Positions 1 to 9,691 of a stretch of 64,000 nucleotides of DNA are shown one piece after another. Below the pieces are notes generated by a model. That model searched no databases. It was not told the origin of the DNA and saw only the letters and a list, made by a program, of their open reading frames with translations. Position 1 is the stretch's first letter. Each line of letters starts with the position of its first letter. The position numbers and the translations under genes are program-made. This stretch comes from Gammaproteobacteria bacterium (GTDB taxonomy: Bacteria; Pseudomonadota; Gammaproteobacteria; Magnimaribacterales; D2472): NCBI GenBank assembly GCA_038108875.1, contig JAYNII010000001.1:35450-99449 (forward strand), read 5' to 3'.

Positions 1-1
1 A

Positions 2-1912
2 ACAGATGCTACTGGTGCGTGGATGGATCAATATGGTTTGACTAAGTTTATGGTTCAAAAAACTTATAGAGATTTCTATAAAGAATGGGATTACAGAGGT
101 GCCCCAGTAGATTCTGATAATAGTGTTGAATCAACTGTAATTGGATTTGAAGGAGATTTTCAAGCAATAGATAGAAATTTTGCATGGGATGCTTCCTATA
201 CTGTTGGACAAGTTGATCTCTTAGACAGAGGATACGATATCAATACCAATAGATTTGTCATGGCAACCGATGTTGGTATTAATCCTGCTACTGGACTTCC
301 GGATTGTAAGATGAACTACGTGCCAAATTACGACTATGGTTTTGTATACTCAACTCAGCCCTCATCTATATTAGAGGTTCTAGGTTATTCAACACTGGGC
401 GCTCCTGGTGCTGCCGGGATGCCTGGTGATTGTGCCCCTCTAAATGTAATGGGATTTGGTGCTGCATCTGACGAGGCTATTGCTTACATCATGACTGATA
501 GCTTCAGGGCTGCCAGAATTAAGCAAGAAATTTATGCCTACAACTTTAGCGGAGATGTGTATGAGCTACCAGCCGGTACTCTTAAATTTGCTGTAGGGCT
601 TGAAAAGAGAAAAGATTCTGGTTTCTTTGATGGCAGTGATATTCAAAATATTGGTTTAACCAGATCCGCTGCTAGAGGCGATATGGAAGCTGACGTAAGA
701 ATTGATGAAGAATATTATGAAATTTCTTTGCCTCTTGTCTCTAGAGATATGGGACTGGCTTGGAATGGCTGGGGTATCTTGGATTTACGAGTTGATTATT
801 CCTACAGAGATATTGATCATTCTTCTGCTGGTAACTACGACGTTGATGCATTGAATATGTACTGGCAAGTTAGTGATGAGTTAGCACTAAGAGCAGGATC
901 TCAAACAGCTGTAAGATCACCAGATCTTTCAATTGCTCTTATGCCTCAACAAACATCATTTTCAACAGCTGCTGACCCTTGTGACTATAGATACATAGAC
1001 ACAGGTAGAAACCCCACAGTTAGAAGAGCTAATTGTGAAGCTGAAGGTTTAGGAAATAACTTTGTTTCAACTGTTGTAAATGCTACCGCTAAAGGTCTGA
1101 ATGGAGGTAATCCAAATCTACTTAATGAGCTTGGTGATACTGAGTCGATTGGTCTTATTTACACACCATCATGGACAGAAAAATTCATTCCTGGAACTAT
1201 TCAATTTGCTGTGGATTTAATAAAGATTGAAATTTCAGATACAGTTGAATCTTTTGGACTAGGTGCAAATATGAATGCTTGTTATGACTTTCAGTCTGGA
1301 AGAGAGAAGTATTGTTCAACCTTTACCAGAGGTCCTGATGGACAAGTTACTTTCTTCACAGCAGGTTATAACAATGCTGGGGTTAGAAAGTTCGAAACAT
1401 ATATCTACAATTTAGATTATGGCGTCGAAGTTTCTGACTTAGCTGCTGCTTGGTTTGGTAAAGACGGATCAATTGATAGAGGTTCACTCGCTATAAGATA
1501 CAGAGCGTTTAATCAGAAGGCATTTGAATCTGCAGCAACGAGTGTTCCTGATGATCTAGTTGATTTTACTGGTCAATACGACGAGCCAGAGTGGTTGTAT
1601 GATATTTCTGTAAGTTACTCTTACAATAAATGGTCTGGCTACTATCAAGCTGATTTTACCTCAGGCGGTAAGATTAATATTAATCAACAGTATGATGATC
1701 AATACCTTGACTTTGATGGTAATCCAATCGATGAATACAAAGGCTACTTTATGGATAGTGTTGGTCTGCTATATAGACCAACTGACAAGTTACTCTTAAG
1801 ATTAAATGTGAATAATCCATTCGGCCTAGATGGTTCTGAAGGTAGATTTACTGAAGAGCAAGGCTTATTATTCTCAAGAAGTATAAACTTTGGGTTAAAG
1901 TACTCCTTGTAA
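2..1912 (+). CDS. TonB-dependent receptor, C-terminal barrel portion (5' end lies upstream of the window)
   Basis: The frame is open from nt 2 with no stop before the first Met at 23, so the N-terminus is outside the window. Gly/Tyr/Asp/Asn-rich alternating-strand composition is typical of TBDR barrels and resembles 21669-23984. A hairpin terminator follows. Confidence 0.75.
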   Translation, partial: TDATGAWMDQYGLTKFMVQKTYRDFYKEWDYRGAPVDSDNSVESTVIGFEGDFQAIDRNFAWDASYTVGQVDLLDRGYDINTNRFVMATDVGINPATGLPDCKMNYVPNYDYGFVYSTQPSSILEVLGYSTLGAPGAAGMPGDCAPLNVMGFGAASDEAIAYIMTDSFRAARIKQEIYAYNFSGDVYELPAGTLKFAVGLEKRKDSGFFDGSDIQNIGLTRSAARGDMEADVRIDEEYYEISLPLVSRDMGLAWNGWGILDLRVDYSYRDIDHSSAGNYDVDALNMYWQVSDELALRAGSQTAVRSPDLSIALMPQQTSFSTAADPCDYRYIDTGRNPTVRRANCEAEGLGNNFVSTVVNATAKGLNGGNPNLLNELGDTESIGLIYTPSWTEKFIPGTIQFAVDLIKIEISDTVESFGLGANMNACYDFQSGREKYCSTFTRGPDGQVTFFTAGYNNAGVRKFETYIYNLDYGVEVSDLAAAWFGKDGSIDRGSLAIRYRAFNQKAFESAATSVPDDLVDFTGQYDEPEWLYDISVSYSYNKWSGYYQADFTSGGKININQQYDDQYLDFDGNPIDEYKGYFMDSVGLLYRPTDKLLLRLNVNNPFGLDGSEGRFTEEQGLLFSRSINFGLKYSL

Positions 1913-1935
1913 GTAATAATTCATAGATAAAAAAA

Positions 1936-1959
1936 GGGAGGCATTTGCCTCCCTTTTTT
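1936..1959. terminator. Bidirectional rho-independent terminator between convergent genes
   Basis: GGGAGGC-ATTT-GCCTCCC stem-loop with an A-run upstream and a T6 run downstream. Confidence 0.8.
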
Positions 1960-1964
1960 ATTCA

Positions 1965-2360
1965 TCAGGATAAAGAGAGGTTATTCTGATAGACCAAATT
2001 AAAGTTTCTTTCTAGTAAGAACCATTGTGATTCATTATCTTGGATGAGAGTATCTGTATAAATAATTCCCATATCAAGCATAGTTTTGTCTTCATTTCTA
2101 ATGTGCGATGCCACGCAATAACAACTGCCTTTAATAGATGCATCAGTAGATTCTAGAATTTCTATATTTGAAACTTTGTGTAATGTGGCATCAAAGTAAT
2201 GAAGTTGGTTTAAAGATTCAATAAAATTATCTAAGCCCTTGATATCGAAGGCTCCACTCAATACAAATTCTTTATGTAGAATTTCATTGAGTTTTATGAA
2301 ATTTCTAGAGTCTATAAGAGAGGCGTACTTAACAACAATTCGTTCGTAAATCTCTTTCAT
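1965..2360 (-). CDS. NTF2/SnoaL-like fold small protein
   Basis: 131 aa. Size and hydrophobic pattern match SnoaL-like proteins. Its start overlaps the stop of the upstream LLM oxidoreductase by 4 nt. Confidence 0.5.
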   Translation of the reverse strand: MKEIYERIVVKYASLIDSRNFIKLNEILHKEFVLSGAFDIKGLDNFIESLNQLHYFDATLHKVSNIEILESTDASIKGSCYCVASHIRNEDKTMLDMGIIYTDTLIQDNESQWFLLERNFNLVYQNNLSLS

Positions 2361-3253
2361 ATTTCTTCTTTTAGTTTTGCAATTTGTGTCAGAATATTTT
2401 TAATACTATCTCTATCTTGAGCAAAATTAATAGGAAAAAATTCTATTTCTCTTAAGCCGTGTTCATAAGACTTTTCAAATTCTTTTAGGGTTTCAGTTAG
2501 ATCTGGATAACCTAGATTGTTGGTTTTGGTTGGCAGTTGTCCCCTGATTCTGGGGGCTTTATTGGAATGAGCAAACGCTTTGGTTAAAAGATTATTGCCT
2601 TGCTCAATAAAGCTTCTGCTAGTTTTAATAGGAATCCAACCGTCGCCAAGTAATGCAATTTTAGCTGCATTTGCTTCGGTCATTTTTATTCCAAATAAGA
2701 GAGGTACATTGTTGCCTTGAATTGGTTTTGGATTGCACCAAATATCACTAAACTGAAAATGCTTTCCGTGATGGGATACCGGAGATTCAGACCAAAACTT
2801 TTTTAAGATTTCCAAGGTCTCCCAAAATAGTTCTTCTCGAACCGTAAAATCAATACCTGCGGCTTCGTATTCTTCTTTTTGCCATCCCATGCCGACGCCA
2901 AGCTCTAATCTTCCGTTTGAAATAACATCAACAGTGGCTACCGTTTTTGCTAGCAGCGCTGGATTTCTAAGGGGTGTTATAAGAACAGCAGTTGCAAGAT
3001 GTATTGAAGAGGTATGTGAACCAATCATATTCAATACTGAGAGCGGTTCATACCAAGGAGCTTCAGGGGGAAGGGGGAAATCTCCAAACGGATACTGATC
3101 AAGATGCTTACCCATGACCACATGATCAGTGACACTTACGGCATCAAAACCCAAGCTTTCCGCAATCTTTGCAATTTCAATATAGGATTTAATGTCCTGA
3201 TTGTAGAAGTTTTCTAAACCAAATAGACCGCAAACTAATTTAATCTTACTCAT
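2357..3253 (-). CDS. LLM-class (luciferase-like) flavin-dependent oxidoreductase
   Basis: GFDAVSVTDHVV near the N-terminus and LELGVGMGWQKEEYEAAGIDF, both typical of luciferase-like monooxygenase TIM barrels. Confidence 0.8.
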   Translation of the reverse strand: MSKIKLVCGLFGLENFYNQDIKSYIEIAKIAESLGFDAVSVTDHVVMGKHLDQYPFGDFPLPPEAPWYEPLSVLNMIGSHTSSIHLATAVLITPLRNPALLAKTVATVDVISNGRLELGVGMGWQKEEYEAAGIDFTVREELFWETLEILKKFWSESPVSHHGKHFQFSDIWCNPKPIQGNNVPLLFGIKMTEANAAKIALLGDGWIPIKTSRSFIEQGNNLLTKAFAHSNKAPRIRGQLPTKTNNLGYPDLTETLKEFEKSYEHGLREIEFFPINFAQDRDSIKNILTQIAKLKEEI

Positions 3254-3327
3254 AGATCCCTATTAAACTCGTAAATAATTAAAATAGCCACACCCCATAA
3301 GTGAATCAGATATAATAATTTTTCTTT

Positions 3328-3403
3328 GGGGCCATAGCTCAGCTGGGAGAGCGCAACGCTGGCAGCGTTGAGGTCAGGGGTTCGATCCCCCTTGGCTCCA
3401 CCA
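3328..3403 (+). tRNA. tRNA-Ala (anticodon GGC)
   Basis: Cloverleaf read by eye: acceptor GGGGCCA/TGGCTCC with the G3:U70 alanine identity pair, anticodon stem CAACG/CGTTG, loop CT-GGC-AG, T-arm AGGGG-TTCGATC-CCCCT. CCA is encoded. Confidence 0.95.
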
Positions 3404-3464
3404 AGTTTTTTGTTTGCACTCCTTGATGAACAATTTAGAATGGACTTATTTCTAGGATAAATTT

Positions 3465-4718
3465 ATGTTGCGTTTCATTTTTCTTTCTTTTTTATCAATC
3501 TCAATCACTGCAAACGATACTCTCTTGCAGCCTAAATCTATCTTAGACGTAACCAATGGAGATTTAATTAATTCCGATGTTCTTATCAGAGATGGAAAAA
3601 TTGTGGAAATTGGAAAAAATATTAACGTAACAAAAGATACCCAAATTATTCAACTCAAGGATACAGTATTGGTGCCCGGTCTAATGGATTCCCATGTACA
3701 TTTAATTGGAGATACCAGTACCAAAGGCTACTCAGCCATTGGGAATTCAACTTATTTTTCTACTATTCACGGGGTAAAAAATGCAAAAGACACCCTTATG
3801 CGTGGTTTCACTACTGTGCGGATGGTCGGAGCCCCTGAGTTTGCTGATGTTGCCTTAAAAAAAGCTATCAATGAAGGCACAGTTATAGGTCCAAGATTGA
3901 TTGTAGCGGGTCCACCTTTGGGAATTTCAGGGGGACACTGCGACTCTAACTTATTGCCATATTCCAGTGCCGCAACTGAAAAAACTCCCCATCAAATAGT
4001 TGATAATCCTTGGGATGCAAGGAAAGCAGTACGCATTAATAGAAAATATGGTGCCGACTTAATAAAGTTTTGCGCGACGGGTGGTGTTATGTCCAAGAAT
4101 ACAGATGTCAATGCTAAACAGTTCACTTTTGAGGAAATGGAAGCAATTGTGTCTGAAGCACACAATCATGGAATGAAGGTTGCAGCTCATGCGCATGGGC
4201 TTGAAGGCATAAAAACTGCTATCAGGGCGGGTGTAGATTCTCTTGAGCATGCCAGCTTTATCGATAAAGATACAATACAGCTAGCTATAGAGAAGGGCAT
4301 TTATCTGTCTATGGATATTTATGTTTCTGATTATATTCTTGGTGAAGGTGCCAAAAAAGGTATATTAGAAGAGTCGCTAGCTAAAGAGAGAACGGTGGGC
4401 AGGATTCAAAGAATGAATTTTAAGCAAGCTGTTGAGGCGGGTGCCAAGATTACATTTGGTACAGATGCCGGAATCTTTCCTCATGGAGATAATATAAAAC
4501 AATTTAGGTATATGGTTGAGTGGGGGATGTCCCCCTTGCAAGCTATCCAGGCAGCTACGTTAAATACTGCAAGTTTGTTTGGACTTGATACCATCGGTCA
4601 AATCAAAGTAGGGTACTCTGCAGATGTTGTAGGTGTTCGAGGAAATCCCCTAGAAGATATAACATTGTTAGAAGCAATCTCTTTTGTCATGAAAGAAGGA
4701 GAAATTGTTTTACAGTGA
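3465..4718 (+). CDS. Secreted amidohydrolase-family metallohydrolase
   Basis: N-terminal signal-like segment. PGLMDSHVHL (HxH metal motif), later AAHAHG and GTDAG blocks typical of the amidohydrolase superfamily. Confidence 0.85.
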   Translation: MLRFIFLSFLSISITANDTLLQPKSILDVTNGDLINSDVLIRDGKIVEIGKNINVTKDTQIIQLKDTVLVPGLMDSHVHLIGDTSTKGYSAIGNSTYFSTIHGVKNAKDTLMRGFTTVRMVGAPEFADVALKKAINEGTVIGPRLIVAGPPLGISGGHCDSNLLPYSSAATEKTPHQIVDNPWDARKAVRINRKYGADLIKFCATGGVMSKNTDVNAKQFTFEEMEAIVSEAHNHGMKVAAHAHGLEGIKTAIRAGVDSLEHASFIDKDTIQLAIEKGIYLSMDIYVSDYILGEGAKKGILEESLAKERTVGRIQRMNFKQAVEAGAKITFGTDAGIFPHGDNIKQFRYMVEWGMSPLQAIQAATLNTASLFGLDTIGQIKVGYSADVVGVRGNPLEDITLLEAISFVMKEGEIVLQ

Positions 4719-5332
4719 TCGAAACGAATCTAATTGCCAAACTAACTTCTCTGCCTAAAATTCAACAATTTTTGCTTGGCTTTGGATTTTACTTAGTGAT
4801 ATATATTTTCTGGTACGACGTTTTACTGAATCCAATCACAGCGAACAAAGATATAGGCAGCTTAATTTTTTTACCGCATGGAGCAAGATTCCTAGTAATA
4901 GCTATTTTTGGTTGGATTGGTTTTTGGGCAATATTTTTTGGAGCTTTACTTGGGCCTTTAATCAATGAGGAGATAGTAAAACTTAACTCCTTACCATGGG
5001 AAAATTATTTAAATATTTGGCATAACCTAGAATCATTATCGGGAGCTCTGTGTGTATTGTTAGTCCTCAGATTTCTTCACTGGGCAAAAATAATTGATCG
5101 ATGGAGAGGTGACTTATTCATTCATGAGCCTTCCAAACTCATATTAATTATTTTTAGCTCAGCCTGTATCAATGGATTGTTAACAAATTTCATTACTTCT
5201 CAGTCAAGTCTTGGTGTGGAAACCAGTCCAATAAGAGTGATTAGATATGTTGCAGGAGATATTGTAGGAGCAACCTATTTGCTTATCTTTTGTTACGTAG
5301 GATATAAGCTCTGGTTGCGCTTTATTCGTTAA
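4715..5332 (+). CDS. Polytopic membrane protein of unknown function (paralog of 47986-48579)
   Basis: 5-6 hydrophobic helices. GTG start overlaps the amidohydrolase stop (GTGA). Shares the motif blocks GSLIFLPHGAR...IFGW and RYVAGDIVGA with the 47986 ORF. Confidence 0.6.
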   Translation: MIETNLIAKLTSLPKIQQFLLGFGFYLVIYIFWYDVLLNPITANKDIGSLIFLPHGARFLVIAIFGWIGFWAIFFGALLGPLINEEIVKLNSLPWENYLNIWHNLESLSGALCVLLVLRFLHWAKIIDRWRGDLFIHEPSKLILIIFSSACINGLLTNFITSQSSLGVETSPIRVIRYVAGDIVGATYLLIFCYVGYKLWLRFIR

Positions 5333-7458
5333 TGCATTTGAATTAATTCGTTGACCTTATCTCTAGCTCCCCATATTGCTCCGTGAATATAACCTGCAGC
5401 ATCTGCATCACCAATTCTGCTAAAAGAAATATTAGCTGTTCTCAATTCTTCAACTAATACATTGTTGCTTTCGGTTCCAATGGCAATAATGACTTGCTCA
5501 GAAAAAACTGATTGCTGGCAACCATCTATACTGAAAGTTACTTGATTTTTCTTGATTTCCAAGTCCTCACATTTTCGATGAATAGTAGCTCCATGTTCTA
5601 ATAATAAGTGCACCACTCTTGATCTTCTTACGATACTTAGATTCTTACCAAGATTTTCTGAGGGTTCCAAAACGGTTATCTTCCTTCCTCTTTCTTGTAA
5701 AAATTCTGCCAATTCTAGTCCGACCAAGTCGCCTCCAATGATCACAATATTTTTCTGCAAAGGCATCCAGAGCTTGCTAAAAAATCTCATGGCATTCAAA
5801 TTAGATAACAATCCCAGTAGCCTTCCGCTCGCTAATACAATCTTCGTTAAAGGGTTAAAGGACTTATTTTTGGGCGCGGGTCCAAACAAAAGACCTCTTA
5901 GCTCTTCTCCATCAAGTACGTGGTTTTGCTCCTTGCCTTTAATTTCTGGAGCATTCCTTATTGCCCCTGTGGCAAGAATTACATGATCGGGGGCCAACTC
6001 TTTAATTTCTTGAATGGAGGCTATTTTGTTCTTTATAACGACAATTCCCAGATTGCTTAGCGTCTTATCAAAATAGGATATAAGATGTTGATTGGGTTCA
6101 TAAGCCAAAGCCGCAATATTAAGAGTTCCACCTAATTGATTGCTTTTTTCCCATAATGTTACTTGATGTCCTGCATGTGCTAGCCTTCTAGCGCTCTCCA
6201 TTCCAGCGGGTCCAGCACCAACAATTAAAAAATGTTTATTCTTGTTAGTGGCAATAATATTTTTTTGTCTAAACTCATTGCCCATGTCAGCATTTACAGC
6301 GCAACACATAGGTTGATTGATAAAAATTTTGCTAACGCAAATATAGCAATATATGCAGGGTCTAATGAGTTCAAGTTGATTGTTAATAACTTTATTAGGG
6401 AGTTGAGGATCGGCCAACAGTTTTCGTCCCATCACCACAAAGTCAAAATGATTTTGATTGATTCCTTCATTAGCTTTATCTATTTCAATCCTTCCTACCG
6501 CTAGAATTGGGATATCGACATGAGCTTTAGCCTGTCTTGCAAATTGTATAAATCCACCCGGTTCATGGACTAAAGGAGCTTCGGTAAACGCAATGCCTTT
6601 TGCAGGGTTTCCGTAAGAGCTTACATCAATAGCATCGGCTCCAGCTTTCTCAGCAAGCTTAATTGTTGTTAGAAAATCTGATTCGCTAATGCCTCCTTCA
6701 ATTCTATATTCTTTAGCATCTAACCTTACAATTATAGGGAGCTTATGTGCCGTGACTCTTTTAACCTCTTGAATCACTTGCACGAGAAACTTGGCTCTAT
6801 TCTCTGCAGAACCTCCGTATTCATCGTCCCGGACATTTACCGCAGGAGATAAAAAACTAGAAATTAAGTAACCATGCCCCGCATGAAGTTCAATCGCATC
6901 AAATCCTGATCTTTGGGCAATGACAGCAGCTTGACCAAAATTTTGGATTTCTTTTTGAATCTCTTCTTTGCTCATGACATGGTACCTGGGGCCTTTACCA
7001 TCTGGCCCAGCTGCTTTTACAAAATTTGAAATTTCTTCTGAAGTAAGCAATCCAAACATGTCACTTCTTGTTCCCTTGGGAATCGATGGGACCGGAATAC
7101 TTCTCCCCGCGGCTACATCTTCTTGAGATATTTTACCGCTGTGATTGAGTTGTGCTGCAACTTTGCAATCGTAACGGTGTATCTCTGAAGTAAGTTTAGT
7201 TAAGTCTGGGATAAAGCTTTCATTAGAAAAACCTAACATGTTTGGCATCGATGCCCCGGATGGCCAAGTGGTTGCAGAGGTTTCCATAATAATTAAACCA
7301 ACGCCGCCTTTGGCTCTCTCTATGTAATATTCTCTTAATCTTTCGCCAGCTTTTCCAGTTTCATCCGCGAAATTTGAACCCATAGGAGCCATGACAAATC
7401 GATTTTTTAAATACAAAGATCCTATCTTTCCAGGTTTAATTAGGTGTTCTAGTTTCAT
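5329..7458 (-). CDS. 2,4-dienoyl-CoA reductase-like NADH:flavin oxidoreductase (OYE barrel + Fe-S + FAD/NAD(P) domain)
   Basis: HAGHGYLISSFLSP (OYE family), Cys cluster CIYCYIC...CC, then the GAGPAGMESA dinucleotide fold. The ~700-aa length fits the FadH-type architecture. Confidence 0.85.
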   Translation of the reverse strand: MKLEHLIKPGKIGSLYLKNRFVMAPMGSNFADETGKAGERLREYYIERAKGGVGLIIMETSATTWPSGASMPNMLGFSNESFIPDLTKLTSEIHRYDCKVAAQLNHSGKISQEDVAAGRSIPVPSIPKGTRSDMFGLLTSEEISNFVKAAGPDGKGPRYHVMSKEEIQKEIQNFGQAAVIAQRSGFDAIELHAGHGYLISSFLSPAVNVRDDEYGGSAENRAKFLVQVIQEVKRVTAHKLPIIVRLDAKEYRIEGGISESDFLTTIKLAEKAGADAIDVSSYGNPAKGIAFTEAPLVHEPGGFIQFARQAKAHVDIPILAVGRIEIDKANEGINQNHFDFVVMGRKLLADPQLPNKVINNQLELIRPCIYCYICVSKIFINQPMCCAVNADMGNEFRQKNIIATNKNKHFLIVGAGPAGMESARRLAHAGHQVTLWEKSNQLGGTLNIAALAYEPNQHLISYFDKTLSNLGIVVIKNKIASIQEIKELAPDHVILATGAIRNAPEIKGKEQNHVLDGEELRGLLFGPAPKNKSFNPLTKIVLASGRLLGLLSNLNAMRFFSKLWMPLQKNIVIIGGDLVGLELAEFLQERGRKITVLEPSENLGKNLSIVRRSRVVHLLLEHGATIHRKCEDLEIKKNQVTFSIDGCQQSVFSEQVIIAIGTESNNVLVEELRTANISFSRIGDADAAGYIHGAIWGARDKVNELIQMH

Positions 7459-7509
7459 TTAAGTAAGGCATAATTAATAAGTTACTACATTGTAATTCAG
7501 GAGCTAAAA

Positions 7510-8055
7510 ATGGAAAGACTATCTGATGAGATACAAAAACTTATCGACAAAGAGGCTATTAGGGATTTAGTGAATATTTATTGCAGAGCTGCAGATAGAC
7601 ACGATCATGTATTGATGCGATCTTTGTATCATGAAGATGCTACCGATGACCACGGAGTATTTTTTAAAGGCAGCGCTAAGGAATTTATTGCACTTCTTCC
7701 CAGTATTCAAAAAGACATGTTGATTCTCCATCATAATGTTACAACCCATAACATTGAATTTATTTCGGATACTAAGGCAGAGGGTGAAACTTATATACTG
7801 GCATTTCATCAAGTTCAAGGCGAGGCCCATGCCTTTGATGTGCTTATCGGTGGGAGATATTTTGATGTGTATGAGAAACGTCAGGGTAATTGGAAGTTTC
7901 TCTCTCGAGCAGTTGATGCTGATTGGGTTTATACTTCAGATCCAACCAGGGTAGATTTTGAGCATCCCATGGTGCAGGGCTGCCATAGAGGTGTTCCAGG
8001 CAACCAAGATCCTTTGTATAGGGTTCTAAAGCATGCGAAGTTTTTAGCTAGTTAG
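7510..8055 (+). CDS. NTF2/SnoaL_4-like protein
   Basis: IRDLVNIYCRAADRHDHVLMRSLYHEDATDDHG is a typical SnoaL_4 N-terminal helix pattern. Confidence 0.6.
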   Translation: MERLSDEIQKLIDKEAIRDLVNIYCRAADRHDHVLMRSLYHEDATDDHGVFFKGSAKEFIALLPSIQKDMLILHHNVTTHNIEFISDTKAEGETYILAFHQVQGEAHAFDVLIGGRYFDVYEKRQGNWKFLSRAVDADWVYTSDPTRVDFEHPMVQGCHRGVPGNQDPLYRVLKHAKFLAS

Positions 8056-8633
8056 ATCAGCTTGGTAAGTTCGCGGAAATGTTTTCTGCAATACACCTTA
8101 TAGCTATCATTTCCTCCGATTTGTATCTTGGCACCATCGGTAACGATATTCCCATTTTGATCCAATCTCACCACCATGGTTGCTTTTCTGCCACAATCGC
8201 ATACGGTTTTGAGTTCGATAAGGTTATCTGCTATTGCTAGTAGTTCAGCGCTTCCCTCAAAAAGTTCTCCTTGAAAATCAGTCCTGATTCCATAACACAT
8301 AGCCGGTATATTTAAAATATCGCTTACTTGGCATAGCTGTCTTACCTGTTGTTTTGTAAAAAATTGAACTTCATCTACTAACACACACGCAATCTGTTGT
8401 TCTTGAATAATGTCAGATACAAACTCAAAGATGTTCATGGTTGGGTCCACAACAATAGCAGGGGCTTCTAACCCAATTCTAGAATGCACTTTAGATTTAT
8501 TGGCGTCTGCATCAACTTTGGGGGTCAACAGAAGAGTTTGCATACCTCTTTCTTGATAGTTGTAGTTAGACTGCAGTAAAGCAGTCGATTTGCCAGCATT
8601 CATTGTGGAATAGAAGAAGTGGACTTTTGCCAT
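8052..8633 (-). CDS. tdk: Thymidine kinase
   Basis: FFYSTMNAGKST P-loop, VDEVQFF, and the C-terminal zinc ribbon CDCG...CRKH. Confidence 0.95.
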   Translation of the reverse strand: MAKVHFFYSTMNAGKSTALLQSNYNYQERGMQTLLLTPKVDADANKSKVHSRIGLEAPAIVVDPTMNIFEFVSDIIQEQQIACVLVDEVQFFTKQQVRQLCQVSDILNIPAMCYGIRTDFQGELFEGSAELLAIADNLIELKTVCDCGRKATMVVRLDQNGNIVTDGAKIQIGGNDSYKVYCRKHFRELTKLI

Positions 8634-8635
8634 TT

Positions 8636-9634
8636 TTATTGAGGAACTTCAGAATAAAACTGACTAACCCATTTTCTAAATTTATTTATAGGACCATCCC
8701 CATCGCATAAAATCGGATTAGCAACATAGCTTTTGTTATCCCAAATTGGCATGTCATCAAGAACCCCATTAGCTATACCGTCTATTATGGCCATGCCAAT
8801 ATCATCTTCAATATCTTTAGAAACTCTCATGGACCATCTTAGGATGGAAGTATTTTTATCCACTGGACAGGAAGCATTCACCATAATAAATTCGCCACCA
8901 GTGGGCGGGAGATTGATCATTTTTAAACCTACACATCCCAACCCCCACGATTCTCTGGTAAAGGTGGTATTGAACAAACCTTGATCATAAACTTTATGCT
9001 CTTCAGATACGCTTTCGTTGCTTGGATCCATCAGGGTCTCTGCAATAGTTTTTCTGTATATGCCATCTATGATTGCTTCTGTTTCCGGTAAGCTAGGGGA
9101 ACCGTGAACTTTAGGAAAGTGAGCTTGATCTACGTCGTTTTCGGCTATTTCTTGCAATACTGTATTAATTTTATATTCGTAATTGTAAATCTTACCCCAT
9201 TTGTCATCATCTCCATTGAAGCCCTCAAGTACAGGAAGATCAAAATAAGGTTCCTCTTTTAGGAGATGATGCCAGGCCCAAATAAAACCATTACGCTCGA
9301 TACAGGGATAGTTAAAAATCTTGGTTTCTTTTGCTTTAGGAGGAATGTTAGTTGCATAAGGGATAGCTGCGCAAGTTCCGTTTGTATTCCATCGCCAAGC
9401 ATGAAATGGACATTCAATAGTTTCTCCATTGACACATCCGCCTTCACCTAAATGTGCTCCAAGATGAGGGCAGAATGCATCAAGCACGGAAACTTCGCCG
9501 GATTCCGTTCTAAAAGCTACCACATCTTTTTCGCAAAACTTTAAAGACCTAACATCTCCAATACCTAAGTCGGATGAACGACTGATGCAAAACCACCCAT
9601 TTGGCATGGGAAAAGGAAATTCTTGTTTGGGCAT
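8636..9634 (-). CDS. Rieske [2Fe-2S] non-heme-iron oxygenase, class IA/KshA-like
   Basis: CPHLGAHL...CPFHAWRW Rieske motif and the DVDQAHFPKVH (DxxHxxxxH) iron site. Start moved to the Met at 9634, because the 22 extra codons in the ORF track overlap the divergent gene. Confidence 0.9.
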   Translation of the reverse strand: MPKQEFPFPMPNGWFCISRSSDLGIGDVRSLKFCEKDVVAFRTESGEVSVLDAFCPHLGAHLGEGGCVNGETIECPFHAWRWNTNGTCAAIPYATNIPPKAKETKIFNYPCIERNGFIWAWHHLLKEEPYFDLPVLEGFNGDDDKWGKIYNYEYKINTVLQEIAENDVDQAHFPKVHGSPSLPETEAIIDGIYRKTIAETLMDPSNESVSEEHKVYDQGLFNTTFTRESWGLGCVGLKMINLPPTGGEFIMVNASCPVDKNTSILRWSMRVSKDIEDDIGMAIIDGIANGVLDDMPIWDNKSYVANPILCDGDGPINKFRKWVSQFYSEVPQ

Positions 9635-9691
9635 GTTATTTGTCTTTTTATCTGTAACCGTTAAGATAGCTATGATTACATAGGAGAGATA

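Noticed and set aside
9655-9663. TAACCGTTA in the Rieske/ADC divergent spacer as a KstR-type (TnnAACnnGTTnnA) steroid-regulon operator.
   Set aside because: The half-site spacing is wrong (AAC-N1-GTT rather than AAC-N2-GTT), the site is short, and there is no TetR-family gene in the window.
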